Position numbers and translations under genes: made by a program. Shown here in pieces: positions 1 to 9,130 of a stretch of DNA of 64,000 nucleotides. The notes under the pieces are model-generated. The model did not search any database, was not told the origin of the DNA, and worked only from the letters and a program-made list of their open reading frames with translations. Source of the stretch: Candidatus Kapaibacterium sp. (GTDB lineage: Bacteria; Bacteroidota; Ignavibacteria; Kapaibacteriales; UBA2268). Position 1 is the stretch's first letter, and the number at the start of each line of letters is the position of its first letter. The stretch is from NCBI GenBank assembly GCA_963664875.1, contig OY761611.1, forward strand, positions 3,712,001-3,776,000. Reading direction: 5' to 3'.

Positions 1-568
1 CATTCCACAAACCACGAAGATGACTGTAAGCTCCTCTGCTAGGGAAGTGAGTACGACCAAATCTATCTTTATGTATAAGTGTTAGTTCCAAAGTTTCTTC
101 ATCAAAAATATACATACCATCCCATTTGGGGATTAAATCTTTCATTATGTAATATTTGTTATTATTGTATATTATCCATCTTATGCCAGAACTGTCAAAT
201 CTTAATTGTTCACCTGTAAATTGAATGACCGTGTCGCTAGTAATATATGACAATGTATCTTCGTGAGTTCTCATATAAGAATGATTTGAGTATGTACAGA
301 TTTGGGATATGCGATTGTTGTCAAAAAGATATTTTTTACCTTTGATATGTACACTTGTAGAGTCTGCCACTATATCTAATGCTTCTTTATCAATATAAAA
401 AGCATGACCATAAGTATAATAAACTATGTGGTTATTCGAATCTGAGGCAATATGGACTATTCCATTTGTTACTTTGTTGAATGATATATGATCTTTCCAC
501 ATCTGAGAGTATAAAGCTGAAGCAAAGAAAATTATTAGAATGAAAATATTGAGTGTGAGTTTTTGCAT
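1..568 (-). CDS. Secreted hypothetical protein, partial (runs off the left edge)
   Basis: Manual translation from ATG at 568 gives MQKLTLNIFILIIFFASALYSQMWKDH..., open to position 1; signal-peptide-like N-terminus; not in the ORF track because there is no stop in the window. Confidence 0.75.
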   Translation of the reverse strand, partial: MQKLTLNIFILIIFFASALYSQMWKDHISFNKVTNGIVHIASDSNNHIVYYTYGHAFYIDKEALDIVADSTSVHIKGKKYLFDNNRISQICTYSNHSYMRTHEDTLSYITSDTVIQFTGEQLRFDSSGIRWIIYNNNKYYIMKDLIPKWDGMYIFDEETLELTLIHKDRFGRTHFPSRGAYSHLRGLWN

Positions 569-595
569 GGAAGATTTCCTGTATATTTTTAAATA

Positions 596-624
596 GTAGT
601 AAGGGGATCAAACTCCCTTACTAT
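596..624. terminator. Stem-loop between two co-oriented genes
   Basis: AGTAAGGGGA-tcaaa-CTCCCTTACT inverted repeat. Confidence 0.5.
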
Positions 625-646
625 GAAATAAAAAACTGATGCTGGC

Positions 647-1357
647 CTAATCACATTTAGTTCCACATTCATATTCAATATCATCATAAAAGTTGCTCAT
701 AGGATTATAGGTAGGTACAATAGTCGATTGAGGACACTCGCTACCAACTACTTCATTTCTTTGAATAAGTGTTTGTCTTATGACCAACTCACTTATACTA
801 ATATCAAAGTATAGACAAAGATGGTATAGAGATTCGCATTTAGAATCTTCAGAACAAGGTACAAATTCTAAGATTGGGTACAATTCCGGAAATTCATCAC
901 CAATAACCTTGTTTCCTACCCAAACGAGAGAATTTGTTTGACATAGTACTACAGATACATTATGAACTATATATCCACCATTTTCACAGAAAATAATTTG
1001 TAATTCTTGGTCAGTATTGAGTATATCAGCAAAAATTGCTTTAGATATTTTATCAATATACTCACCATAATTGTTGTTGAATTCTTCTTGAGCTGCCTCA
1101 AAGTCACATTCATCAGAATCTGCAATTAACTGAATGTTAGTAATCTCAGTATGAATTTTGCTTATACCGTTCACCTCTTCGAGAAACATGCAATAAGTAA
1201 CCTGTATAGTAAAGCAAGGTTCGATGCGTCCTGCATCCAAATAGTAAGGACCTGTCCAGCCCTGATCTCCACATCCGGCTTGTAAGTCATTAATTGAAAA
1301 AGAGATTAGCATTGCAAGTGCAACACCCAGCATAGCAAAAAAAGATTTGCTTTTCAT
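647..1357 (-). CDS. Secreted cysteine-rich acidic hypothetical protein
   Basis: Probable start MKSKSFFAMLGVALAML with AAGGAG upstream; signal peptide; 12 Cys in the mature part. Confidence 0.75.
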   Translation of the reverse strand: MKSKSFFAMLGVALAMLISFSINDLQAGCGDQGWTGPYYLDAGRIEPCFTIQVTYCMFLEEVNGISKIHTEITNIQLIADSDECDFEAAQEEFNNNYGEYIDKISKAIFADILNTDQELQIIFCENGGYIVHNVSVVLCQTNSLVWVGNKVIGDEFPELYPILEFVPCSEDSKCESLYHLCLYFDISISELVIRQTLIQRNEVVGSECPQSTIVPTYNPMSNFYDDIEYECGTKCD

Positions 1358-1429
1358 AAGGATACTCCTTAATTTGAATTGATAATGTTTATTATTAGGC
1401 AATTTGTACTTTAGCGGGTAAAATTGCCG

Positions 1430-1460
1430 AAAGGAATCTGCTTAAGTGGGTTCCTTTTTT
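1430..1460 (+). terminator. Intrinsic terminator-like hairpin with T tract
   Basis: AAGGAATCTGC-ttaa-GTGGGTTCCTT followed by T run; no annotated + strand gene directly upstream. Confidence 0.4.
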
Positions 1461-1686
1461 ATTATATGGAACCAAATATAAATTGAATACTGTGTTTTTT
1501 TTATTTAACTATTATGCTTTTGCTTAAAATACAAAAATGAAATATATAATGCAAGTATAAATTATATTTCTTTATAGGCAAATTATAATTAGTAGTAATA
1601 ATAAAATATATCTTCATATTCGATGCGAATTATGCGGAATATTGCTATATTGAACATAAACTAAGATAAAGATAAGGAACAGTTCA

Positions 1687-2220
1687 ATGCGATCATTTTT
1701 ACTCATAACGGGCATAGCACTAATGATTCTTCATGCTTGCACGTCTGACAAACCATTCAAATCAGAAAATAATCACTCAAATAAGGAAATAACTATGAAA
1801 GACACTACTCCTAAAGTAACAGGTATTGGCGGTATCTTTTTCCGCACCAAAGACCCTCAGGCTACTAAAGACTGGTATAAAAACAATCTTGGTTTGGCTA
1901 CTAACGAATGGGGTGCGCCATTTGAAACAAGAAACGCTAATAATCCTGAAGAGATTAACTATACGCAGTGGAGTCCTTTTGACGAGAATACCGAATACTT
2001 CAATCCTTCTGACAAAGAGTTTATGATTAATTACCGAGTGCAAAATATCGAAGGTTTAGTTGAAAATCTGAAAGCAAACGGCGTGACTATTGTTGACTCA
2101 ATAGAAACCTACGACTATGGCAAATTTGTGCATATCATGGATAACGACGGCAACAAAATTGAACTATGGGAACCTGTTGACAGCGTCTTTACAGAAATGG
2201 GCTTAGAAACTACAAAGTAG
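1687..2220 (+). CDS. VOC/glyoxalase/bleomycin-resistance family protein
   Basis: KVTGIGGIFF...WY...FMINYRV...YGKFVHIMDNDGNKIELWEP; lipoprotein-like leader (LHAC); alternative start at 1795. Confidence 0.85.
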   Translation: MRSFLLITGIALMILHACTSDKPFKSENNHSNKEITMKDTTPKVTGIGGIFFRTKDPQATKDWYKNNLGLATNEWGAPFETRNANNPEEINYTQWSPFDENTEYFNPSDKEFMINYRVQNIEGLVENLKANGVTIVDSIETYDYGKFVHIMDNDGNKIELWEPVDSVFTEMGLETTK

Positions 2221-2235
2221 AATGACATACAAACG

Positions 2236-2285
2236 AACAATGAGTTATCGACATTTTAACCAAACTGTCGGCAACTCATTGTTTT
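2236..2285 (+). terminator. Intrinsic terminator
   Basis: AACAATGAGTT...AACTCATTGTT long stem plus T tract after the VOC gene. Confidence 0.6.
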
Positions 2286-2430
2286 ATTTTAACTTAAAGC
2301 CAATCATACAATAGCGAACTATTGTTTATTTTTGTAAAGAATAAACGAATATAATTCTTTTGAAATATAAAACAAGACTAAATCGTTTATTCTATAGGGA
2401 AAACATCATACTTATCGGATATTAAAAAAA

Positions 2431-4608
2431 ATGAGACGGACATCTTTGTTTGTAGAGATAGCATTTTGTATAGTTATCTGTTCCTTTATAGCAGCTAATG
2501 CAAGCGATATTGATACTGAATTTAAAAATATGTCTATAGAAGAGCTGATGCGTGTCAAAGTAGTTACGGCTACAAAGCACGAAGAAGAGCTAAAAGATGT
2601 TCCTTCCAGTATGGTGATTCTTACTCGCAAAGAAATAGAGCAAAGAGGTTTTCTTACTTTATCAGAAGTACTCCAAAACATCCCGGGTCTTTTTATGATT
2701 GAGGATAAATATTGGCTTGGCAGTACAAACTATGGAGTCAGAGGCTTTTTCTCAACCGGTCCGTTTAATGATATGGTAGTTCTGGTCAATGGAGTTTCCC
2801 AACTTTCTGACAAATATTCCGATTACCCTGACGGGCTAATCAATGTTCCGGTCGAATCTATAGATAGAATCGAAGTGGTACGTGGTCCAATGTCAGTAAC
2901 TTATGGAAGTGGAGCTTTTTTTGGTGTGATAAATATAATAACTGACGATATTAAGCAATCTAAAAATCAGGCAACTGCTTCGATAGGTCAAATGGGAACC
3001 AACAAACAATTTTTTCAGCTGTCCCAAAAAATTGATGACTTATCCTTTAATCTCTCAAGTATGCGATACACTACAAAGGGCATTGATGTTCCCTTCAATG
3101 AACTGACAAGCGATCCGAGTAATATGGATTATGTAGGGATTTCACGTGATGCTACTACTTACGGTCAAATGGATGACATTAGAAAATATTTTGGACTGAA
3201 TGTAAAATACAAAGAGTTCTATACTGATATTTCTTATGCTGAGACTTACAAAGATATATTTGATGGTCAACCAAGCTATTATGAGGGATCTGAAATATCT
3301 TTATACTCATTTGATTTCGTATTTGGGTATAAAAAAGCTTTAGCAGATAATTTTGAAATAGATGCAAAGTATGGTTACTATTCAAATAGCCACATAATTG
3401 ATTACCAGATATTTTATCCTACATACTATGAAGTAGATGGGCAATGGACTCATGCGTATGATTTCGAATTAAATACAAGTTGGGGTATTTCTGACCAATT
3501 TACTTTGAATAGTGGCTACTACTTACGTTATGCTCCCGAAATCTTCCAAATATCCGATTTTGCTTACTATGGGCTAAAGAATGGGGATGGAGAAACAAGA
3601 CTACAAAAAGATATAGTTACTAATTCGCTATTTACACATTTGACCTTTAAGCCTTCAAACAATTTGAGTATCATAGGTGGGATTAGAGTCGAACAGCTTT
3701 CTCCTTATGAAATGTTGTATGTGCGAGGAGTAGTTTCGGGAGAACCCGAAGATGGAGTAGATCCGGCTGACAGCAATAACCGAGTAATTTATAATGCAAG
3801 ATATAATCCTGAAAACAACGGAATAAACCTTGTAACCAGGTTTGCTTTGCTTTACAATATCAACGATTTGCATACAATTAAGTTCATGTTTGGTGAAGCT
3901 ACAAAGCGCCCATCATTCTCAGAAAATTATAGGCAGCTTGCTGCCGGAAGAGATTTTCTTAATTCGGCTGAGATTCAAACTTATGAGTTTAATTATATGT
4001 CGGTTTACTCTGACATTGCTGCAACTAATTTTAGCATATATTATAATCATCTCGATAATCTTATATCTGCTACAAATATATATGATCAGACTACCGGGGA
4101 ATGGAATCTTTTTAGCTCAAACTCCGGTGAAATGGAAACAGTCGGTTTTGAAGTTTTAGTTAAACTATTTCCAACTGATTATTTGGTATTTGATGTGAAT
4201 TTTATCTATCAAAAATCAAATGATTTGAGAGAAGGTTGGGGTGATATTAAGTTAGCTTACTCACCTGAAATTCTTAGTTTGGCAAATATTTCATATCTTC
4301 CGACAGATGATATTTCAATTACCCTCATAAATAGATATATAGGCGAAATGGAAACAGAATGGGTTACTTCGACTATTCCAAGAGAGGGGCATAGGATAGG
4401 TAATAAGTCAGAAAGACGGATGATTAATGATATTAATATAAGATATAATAAGATTTTTGGCTCTGATTTTTTTATCAATTTTAAAATTGCGAACCTCTTT
4501 GATGTGGATTATAGATATCCTACTACCAAATCTAATCAATGGATGGATAAAGGTTTGCCTGCACCCGGAAGGAGTATGTATTTTACTATTGGTTACGACT
4601 TCGAATAA
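2431..4608 (+). CDS. TonB-dependent receptor
   Basis: VVTATK TonB-box region, plug motif IDRIEVVRGPMSVTYGSGAFFGVINIIT, C-terminal NLFD...PGRS.Y.TIGYDF. Confidence 0.92.
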   Translation: MRRTSLFVEIAFCIVICSFIAANASDIDTEFKNMSIEELMRVKVVTATKHEEELKDVPSSMVILTRKEIEQRGFLTLSEVLQNIPGLFMIEDKYWLGSTNYGVRGFFSTGPFNDMVVLVNGVSQLSDKYSDYPDGLINVPVESIDRIEVVRGPMSVTYGSGAFFGVINIITDDIKQSKNQATASIGQMGTNKQFFQLSQKIDDLSFNLSSMRYTTKGIDVPFNELTSDPSNMDYVGISRDATTYGQMDDIRKYFGLNVKYKEFYTDISYAETYKDIFDGQPSYYEGSEISLYSFDFVFGYKKALADNFEIDAKYGYYSNSHIIDYQIFYPTYYEVDGQWTHAYDFELNTSWGISDQFTLNSGYYLRYAPEIFQISDFAYYGLKNGDGETRLQKDIVTNSLFTHLTFKPSNNLSIIGGIRVEQLSPYEMLYVRGVVSGEPEDGVDPADSNNRVIYNARYNPENNGINLVTRFALLYNINDLHTIKFMFGEATKRPSFSENYRQLAAGRDFLNSAEIQTYEFNYMSVYSDIAATNFSIYYNHLDNLISATNIYDQTTGEWNLFSSNSGEMETVGFEVLVKLFPTDYLVFDVNFIYQKSNDLREGWGDIKLAYSPEILSLANISYLPTDDISITLINRYIGEMETEWVTSTIPREGHRIGNKSERRMINDINIRYNKIFGSDFFINFKIANLFDVDYRYPTTKSNQWMDKGLPAPGRSMYFTIGYDFE

Positions 4609-4709
4609 CTTCAGTAGTGCTACTTCTTTATACAGAAATATTTTCTTTTTTAAAGTCTTATTTCGTATATATGTTTTTTACATATTATCGAGAGCACAAA
4701 AACTTGGCC

Positions 4710-5789
4710 ATGAACATTTTTATTGATGAAAATATACCGTTTTTGAAAGATGCGTTTCATAACGTTGGTAATGTAACTCTATATAATGGAAGAACTTTAT
4801 CAAATGATGATTTGATAGCCGGTAGCTGTGAATATCTAATTTCACGTTCTACCTGCAAGGTCAATCAAACATTAATTAAAAATACAAAAGTTAAATTCGT
4901 GGCTACAGCTACCTCAGGCATTGACCATATTGATACAAATTATCTCCAAAATAATAATATTTCGTTTGCTTCTGCTCTTGGTTCTAATGCCAACTCCGTG
5001 GCTGAATATGTAATCTATTGCATTTTAAATTGGTCCAAACTTAAAGGTCATTTGGTCGAAGGCAAAGCCATTGGTGTGATTGGTTACGGAAATATAGGCA
5101 AGCTCGTTGCAAAACATGCTTCACTTCTTGGCTTGAAAGTATATGTAAATGACCCTCCACTCAAAGATGCTGATTTTGAGTTCCCGGATTATGTCGAATA
5201 CAAAGAGTTAGTAGAGTTGCCTTTCCTGTGCGATGTTATAACTAATCACGTACCACTTACAAAAGTTGGAAAGTATGCTACTGATAATTTATTAGATGAA
5301 AAATTTCTTTTGGCTATGAATTTGGAAAGCTTATTGATTCATGCTTCAAGGGGTGGGGTAGTGGATGAAAATATACTTTTAGACCGTCTCATAGCTGAAG
5401 AAATTTATGCCTGCGTAGATGTTTTTATTGGAGAACCTGATTTTAATACAGAGCTTGCTGAAAGAGCTATGCTTTGTTCTCCACATGTAGCGGGTTACTC
5501 TTTTGACGGAAAGGTCAAAGGTAGCTTGATGGTTGCAGAGGCTTTTGAAATGCATACAAGCATAAAAACAGATAAAACTGATATGCTTCGTCAATTGAGT
5601 TTCTACACACCCTTAGAAGAGCATCACTACAAGGATGGTGAATATGTTTTAGAGCTACTGTCCAAAAAAAGAAAATTTGACATAGATACTAAGAATATGC
5701 TATCTATAATCCCACTACCGGATGACGAGAGACGAAAAGCATTTGATATGCTTAGAAAGAAATATCCTGTCAGACGCGAATCTTTATAG
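4710..5789 (+). CDS. pdxB: Erythronate-4-phosphate dehydrogenase
   Basis: IFIDENIP start, ATATSGIDHID, GSNANSVAEY, GVIGYGNIG, SPHVAGYSFDGK. Confidence 0.92.
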   Translation: MNIFIDENIPFLKDAFHNVGNVTLYNGRTLSNDDLIAGSCEYLISRSTCKVNQTLIKNTKVKFVATATSGIDHIDTNYLQNNNISFASALGSNANSVAEYVIYCILNWSKLKGHLVEGKAIGVIGYGNIGKLVAKHASLLGLKVYVNDPPLKDADFEFPDYVEYKELVELPFLCDVITNHVPLTKVGKYATDNLLDEKFLLAMNLESLLIHASRGGVVDENILLDRLIAEEIYACVDVFIGEPDFNTELAERAMLCSPHVAGYSFDGKVKGSLMVAEAFEMHTSIKTDKTDMLRQLSFYTPLEEHHYKDGEYVLELLSKKRKFDIDTKNMLSIIPLPDDERRKAFDMLRKKYPVRRESL

Positions 5790-5799
5790 AGAGAAAAAG

Positions 5800-6174
5800 C
5801 TATCTGCTGTGAATGAAATTTCCAATTTTCTTATCTTCCTTGAGTATATGGTTTATTAGCCATTTTTCGAGGAAGTTACGAATGTTTTTCAAATCAAGCT
5901 CATCACCTTTTTTGAGTGCAGTAAGATATTTAATTATTTGCTCTTCGAACTGCCTGTGGAGCTGCACATGATAGTCAAGCTGAGGATAGTATATCTTCTT
6001 CATATAAGTTTCTTCTGAAGAGAAATGCTTTTTGGAGTACTCTACCATAGACTTGAGTACTTCGATAACTGAAATTGCTTTGCTGTCTTCGATACTGCTG
6101 ATTATTTCAAATAGTTTCTTATGTTCTTCATCTATGTTCCTGATGCCCACAGAATACTCTAAAGACCATTTCAT
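5800..6174 (-). CDS. Bacteriohemerythrin
   Basis: W...YSVG...IDEEHK, HF..EE..M, H...H, WL.NHI..ED iron-ligand pattern. Confidence 0.92.
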   Translation of the reverse strand: MKWSLEYSVGIRNIDEEHKKLFEIISSIEDSKAISVIEVLKSMVEYSKKHFSSEETYMKKIYYPQLDYHVQLHRQFEEQIIKYLTALKKGDELDLKNIRNFLEKWLINHILKEDKKIGNFIHSR

Positions 6175-6261
6175 AAACACACTCCGGTTGCTAACTGTAT
6201 CTTACATTAAGTCGATTTTTTTTGCTTAATAGTGTTCCATGGTTGTTTCTATATGTAAGTC

Positions 6262-6300
6262 AAAAAAAAAAGAGAGAGCGAATTCAATCCACTCTCTCTT
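6262..6300 (-). terminator. Intrinsic terminator
   Basis: AGAGAGAG...CTCTCTCT stem preceded by an A10 run (U tract on the minus strand). Confidence 0.7.
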
Positions 6301-6328
6301 CAAATAACATATTATAAAATCTGCGAAA

Positions 6329-7360
6329 TTAGTTGAATTTCAGAGATTTAACTGATGCTTCCAATGGAGCTAAGTAATCTTTAGCTTCAGGAACAAACCA
6401 GTTGATGTGTACTCTGTAAAGTTTTTTGTTATGAAGAATAAACCAAACTTTTTGAGAAAGGTTAGCTGCCGGAGACCAAGTAAGCACATAAGCTTCTTTG
6501 CCTGCTAAAGTAGTTTTAGTTGCTGCTGCATTTTTGAAGCTTGCTTTGTTTTCGTCAACGATTTTTTTCAAATCTGTTGTTTTGGCAGCGTCAAATTTGT
6601 CAACTCTTACAAAGCAATCCATACGTTTGTCAGTGTCGAAGTAGAAAGAAGATTCAGCACTACCTTTTCCGCCGGGTGCATCGCGTTTAGTCATATTGCC
6701 CGGGATACCGATAGAGAAACCATTACCGTTTCTTTCAGTAAGTTCCATTGTTGGAGGATCCAATTCCTGAATAACAGTATCGATTTTTACTATTGCAGAA
6801 GGAGTAGTAGCTAATTTCAAACCTGCAACGATTTTGTCAAAAGTTGGTTTGTATTTATCCCAAGTGCCGGCAAAAGTTTCGAAGTTAACGATAGTAGCCA
6901 TGCCACTGTCTTTAGCTGCGAAATAGTAAGCACCTTTGAAAAGGCCGTCTTCCAAATCAAATTCGTAAGTAGTAGATTTAGCAGGAGTGCCGTCTATAGT
7001 CAATTCCTGCATAGGAGTGTAATATTCTTCTGCCAAGAAGTCTTTCATTTTAGTGATGATAGAATCCAAACCGCGAGTAGAATCCAAGACAGCTCTTGAA
7101 ACTAAGATTTTTGCCACAGGAGCTCCTTTTGGAGCGTAGCTTGGCCAACGTTTCATACCTTCTTTCATAGAATAAATAGCAACAAAATCGCCGGCTTCTG
7201 TGTATTCCCAATTTTCAGGATACTCGAAAGAAAGACCGAATTTTTCACTTTCATACTTTTTCATGCCATTTACTTCAGCAGGTTTTGGACCTGCTTCGCC
7301 ACAGCTGTAAAGCAAAATTGCCAAAGCAATTGCCGGAAGCAGAGAGAAGAATTTTTTCAT
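6329..7360 (-). CDS. Lipoprotein with two PsbP/DcrB-like domains
   Basis: Lipobox LYSC; twice the pattern F.F.YP.NW / FSI.IP ... T.IDG.PA / TTLAGKEA ... SLKF. Confidence 0.7.
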   Translation of the reverse strand: MKKFFSLLPAIALAILLYSCGEAGPKPAEVNGMKKYESEKFGLSFEYPENWEYTEAGDFVAIYSMKEGMKRWPSYAPKGAPVAKILVSRAVLDSTRGLDSIITKMKDFLAEEYYTPMQELTIDGTPAKSTTYEFDLEDGLFKGAYYFAAKDSGMATIVNFETFAGTWDKYKPTFDKIVAGLKLATTPSAIVKIDTVIQELDPPTMELTERNGNGFSIGIPGNMTKRDAPGGKGSAESSFYFDTDKRMDCFVRVDKFDAAKTTDLKKIVDENKASFKNAAATKTTLAGKEAYVLTWSPAANLSQKVWFILHNKKLYRVHINWFVPEAKDYLAPLEASVKSLKFN

Positions 7361-7479
7361 GGAGTAACTCCTATTAGTAATATATAAATTCAGAAAAACT
7401 TATTTGCGTTTTGCATCTTGCAAATTTAAGCAAGAATTTTATAACATTAAATAAAGATAATAAGGAAAAGCAAAAAAAA

Positions 7480-7872
7480 TCAATTAGGTTGAGCACCTTC
7501 TTCTATCCATTTGCTTATTCCTGTAACAACAGACTCCTTGACATAGCCCTGATAGCAATATGCTTTAAAAGGTGAGCGTCCGTCGAGCTTCTGTACTAAA
7601 ATGCTGTTTTCCGGATCTCCTGGCAAAACAAAGAGAGGTATGCTCATCAAATCAATATGCGTTTCTAAAACAAGACCACCCGCGATAGACGATGCAGAGT
7701 GGCAGCCGGCATAAGCGCAGGTTAGCTTCATGTAGGGGTGTACATGCTCGTAATAACTTACATTCTTTTCGGGAAAGACGATGTCATTACCCGAAGATAC
7801 GGCATCATCTCCGCAAGAATTGATAAGATTTGATAACAAAACTAACGAAATCAACTGTATGATTCTTTTCAT
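7480..7872 (-). CDS. Lipoprotein, putative c-type cytochrome (CX4CH)
   Basis: Lipobox INSC; CAYAGCH, GGL.L, PGDPENS.L, I.KWIEEGA; start overlaps the panB stop (TAATG). Confidence 0.65.
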   Translation of the reverse strand: MKRIIQLISLVLLSNLINSCGDDAVSSGNDIVFPEKNVSYYEHVHPYMKLTCAYAGCHSASSIAGGLVLETHIDLMSIPLFVLPGDPENSILVQKLDGRSPFKAYCYQGYVKESVVTGISKWIEEGAQPN

Positions 7873-8693
7873 TAGTAACTTTCCTGTTCTGTTGGGAAAT
7901 TTTTGTCTCTTACGTCCTGACCGTAATTTTCAAAAGCTTTTTTCATATCAGAGTACATATCAGCGTATCTTCTTACAAATCTTGGACTAAAGTCAACGGT
8001 TAAGCCAAGCATATCTGTATAAACAAGAATCTGTCCGTCGCAGTGAGGCCCTGCACCTATCCCGATAGTAGGAATAGATAGCGATTCGCTGATTTTCTGA
8101 CCAAGTTCCGCAGGAATTTTTTCTAAAACTACAGCAAATGCACCGGCTTCCTGAAGCATGTGTGCATTTTTAAAAATCTTTGCGGCTTCTTCAGGGTCTG
8201 TTCCTCTTGCTCTGTACGAACCAAATTGATTTATAGACTGCGGAGTAAGGCCAAGATGACCCATCACCGGAATACCCGATTCCGTCATTTTGTAAATAGC
8301 ATCAACTACATGAGCACCGCCTTCGAGTTTCACAGCATGGCAACCGGTTTCTTTCATTATCCTGCCGGCATTGCGAAAAGCTTCGTTTGGGCTGACCTGA
8401 TAGCTCATAAAGGGCATATCGGCTACTACCAAAGCACGAGTCGTGCCATTGACAACAGCTTTTGTGTGGTAAGTTGTTTGCTCAAGCGTAACAGGGATTG
8501 TTGTATCAAGCCCCTGAACCACATTGCCAAGCGAATCTCCGACAAGGATTAAATCTACTCCTGCTTCGTCCAAACATTTAGCTATCAATGCGTCGTAAGC
8601 AGTAAGGCAGACAATCTTTTTGCCTGCTTTTTTCATATTGTAAAGAGTAAGAGTCGTTACCTTTTTAGAAAAATCAGATTTTGCTAAGCTCAT
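7872..8693 (-). CDS. panB: 3-methyl-2-oxobutanoate hydroxymethyltransferase
   Basis: LTAYD, LVGDSLG, ADMPFMSY, VKLEGG, GHLGLTPQS, IGIGAG..CDGQILV. Confidence 0.97.
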   Translation of the reverse strand: MSLAKSDFSKKVTTLTLYNMKKAGKKIVCLTAYDALIAKCLDEAGVDLILVGDSLGNVVQGLDTTIPVTLEQTTYHTKAVVNGTTRALVVADMPFMSYQVSPNEAFRNAGRIMKETGCHAVKLEGGAHVVDAIYKMTESGIPVMGHLGLTPQSINQFGSYRARGTDPEEAAKIFKNAHMLQEAGAFAVVLEKIPAELGQKISESLSIPTIGIGAGPHCDGQILVYTDMLGLTVDFSPRFVRRYADMYSDMKKAFENYGQDVRDKNFPTEQESY

Positions 8694-9130
8694 ATATAAA
8701 TTATTCCATTGCAAGCACTAAAAAGAATAATTTAGTTACAAAAAAAACAAATTCCAACTTGTTTTGCAATATAATATTCTATTCTATATAATGCTTAGAT
8801 ATGTTCATAACTTTTGTCTCCATGCTTACATTTTAAAACCCGAAAAGTTCTTCTAAATGTTTATATCTCTTAAACAGATATAAATATAAAAAACAATAGA
8901 AGTTAGAACAAGATATAAAAAAAATAACAAAATTGAGTTTTATATTCGTTTCTTACAAAAAAATACTTTATATTAAGACTATAAGCTCCAATATTTAAGT
9001 ATTTCTTAAATTCTGTTAAAATCGAGCTTCTTGCCAACTATCGATAACTTCTGTACGTAACTTTGTAATCTAAGAATAAAAATATATATTGCTGATTGGC
9101 AATTTATCCATTTTTTGGAGAACTAATAAA

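Noticed and set aside
6262-6271. Homopolymer A/T runs as phase-variation tracts (also 62551-62560)
   Set aside because: They are U tracts of intrinsic terminators, outside coding or promoter regions
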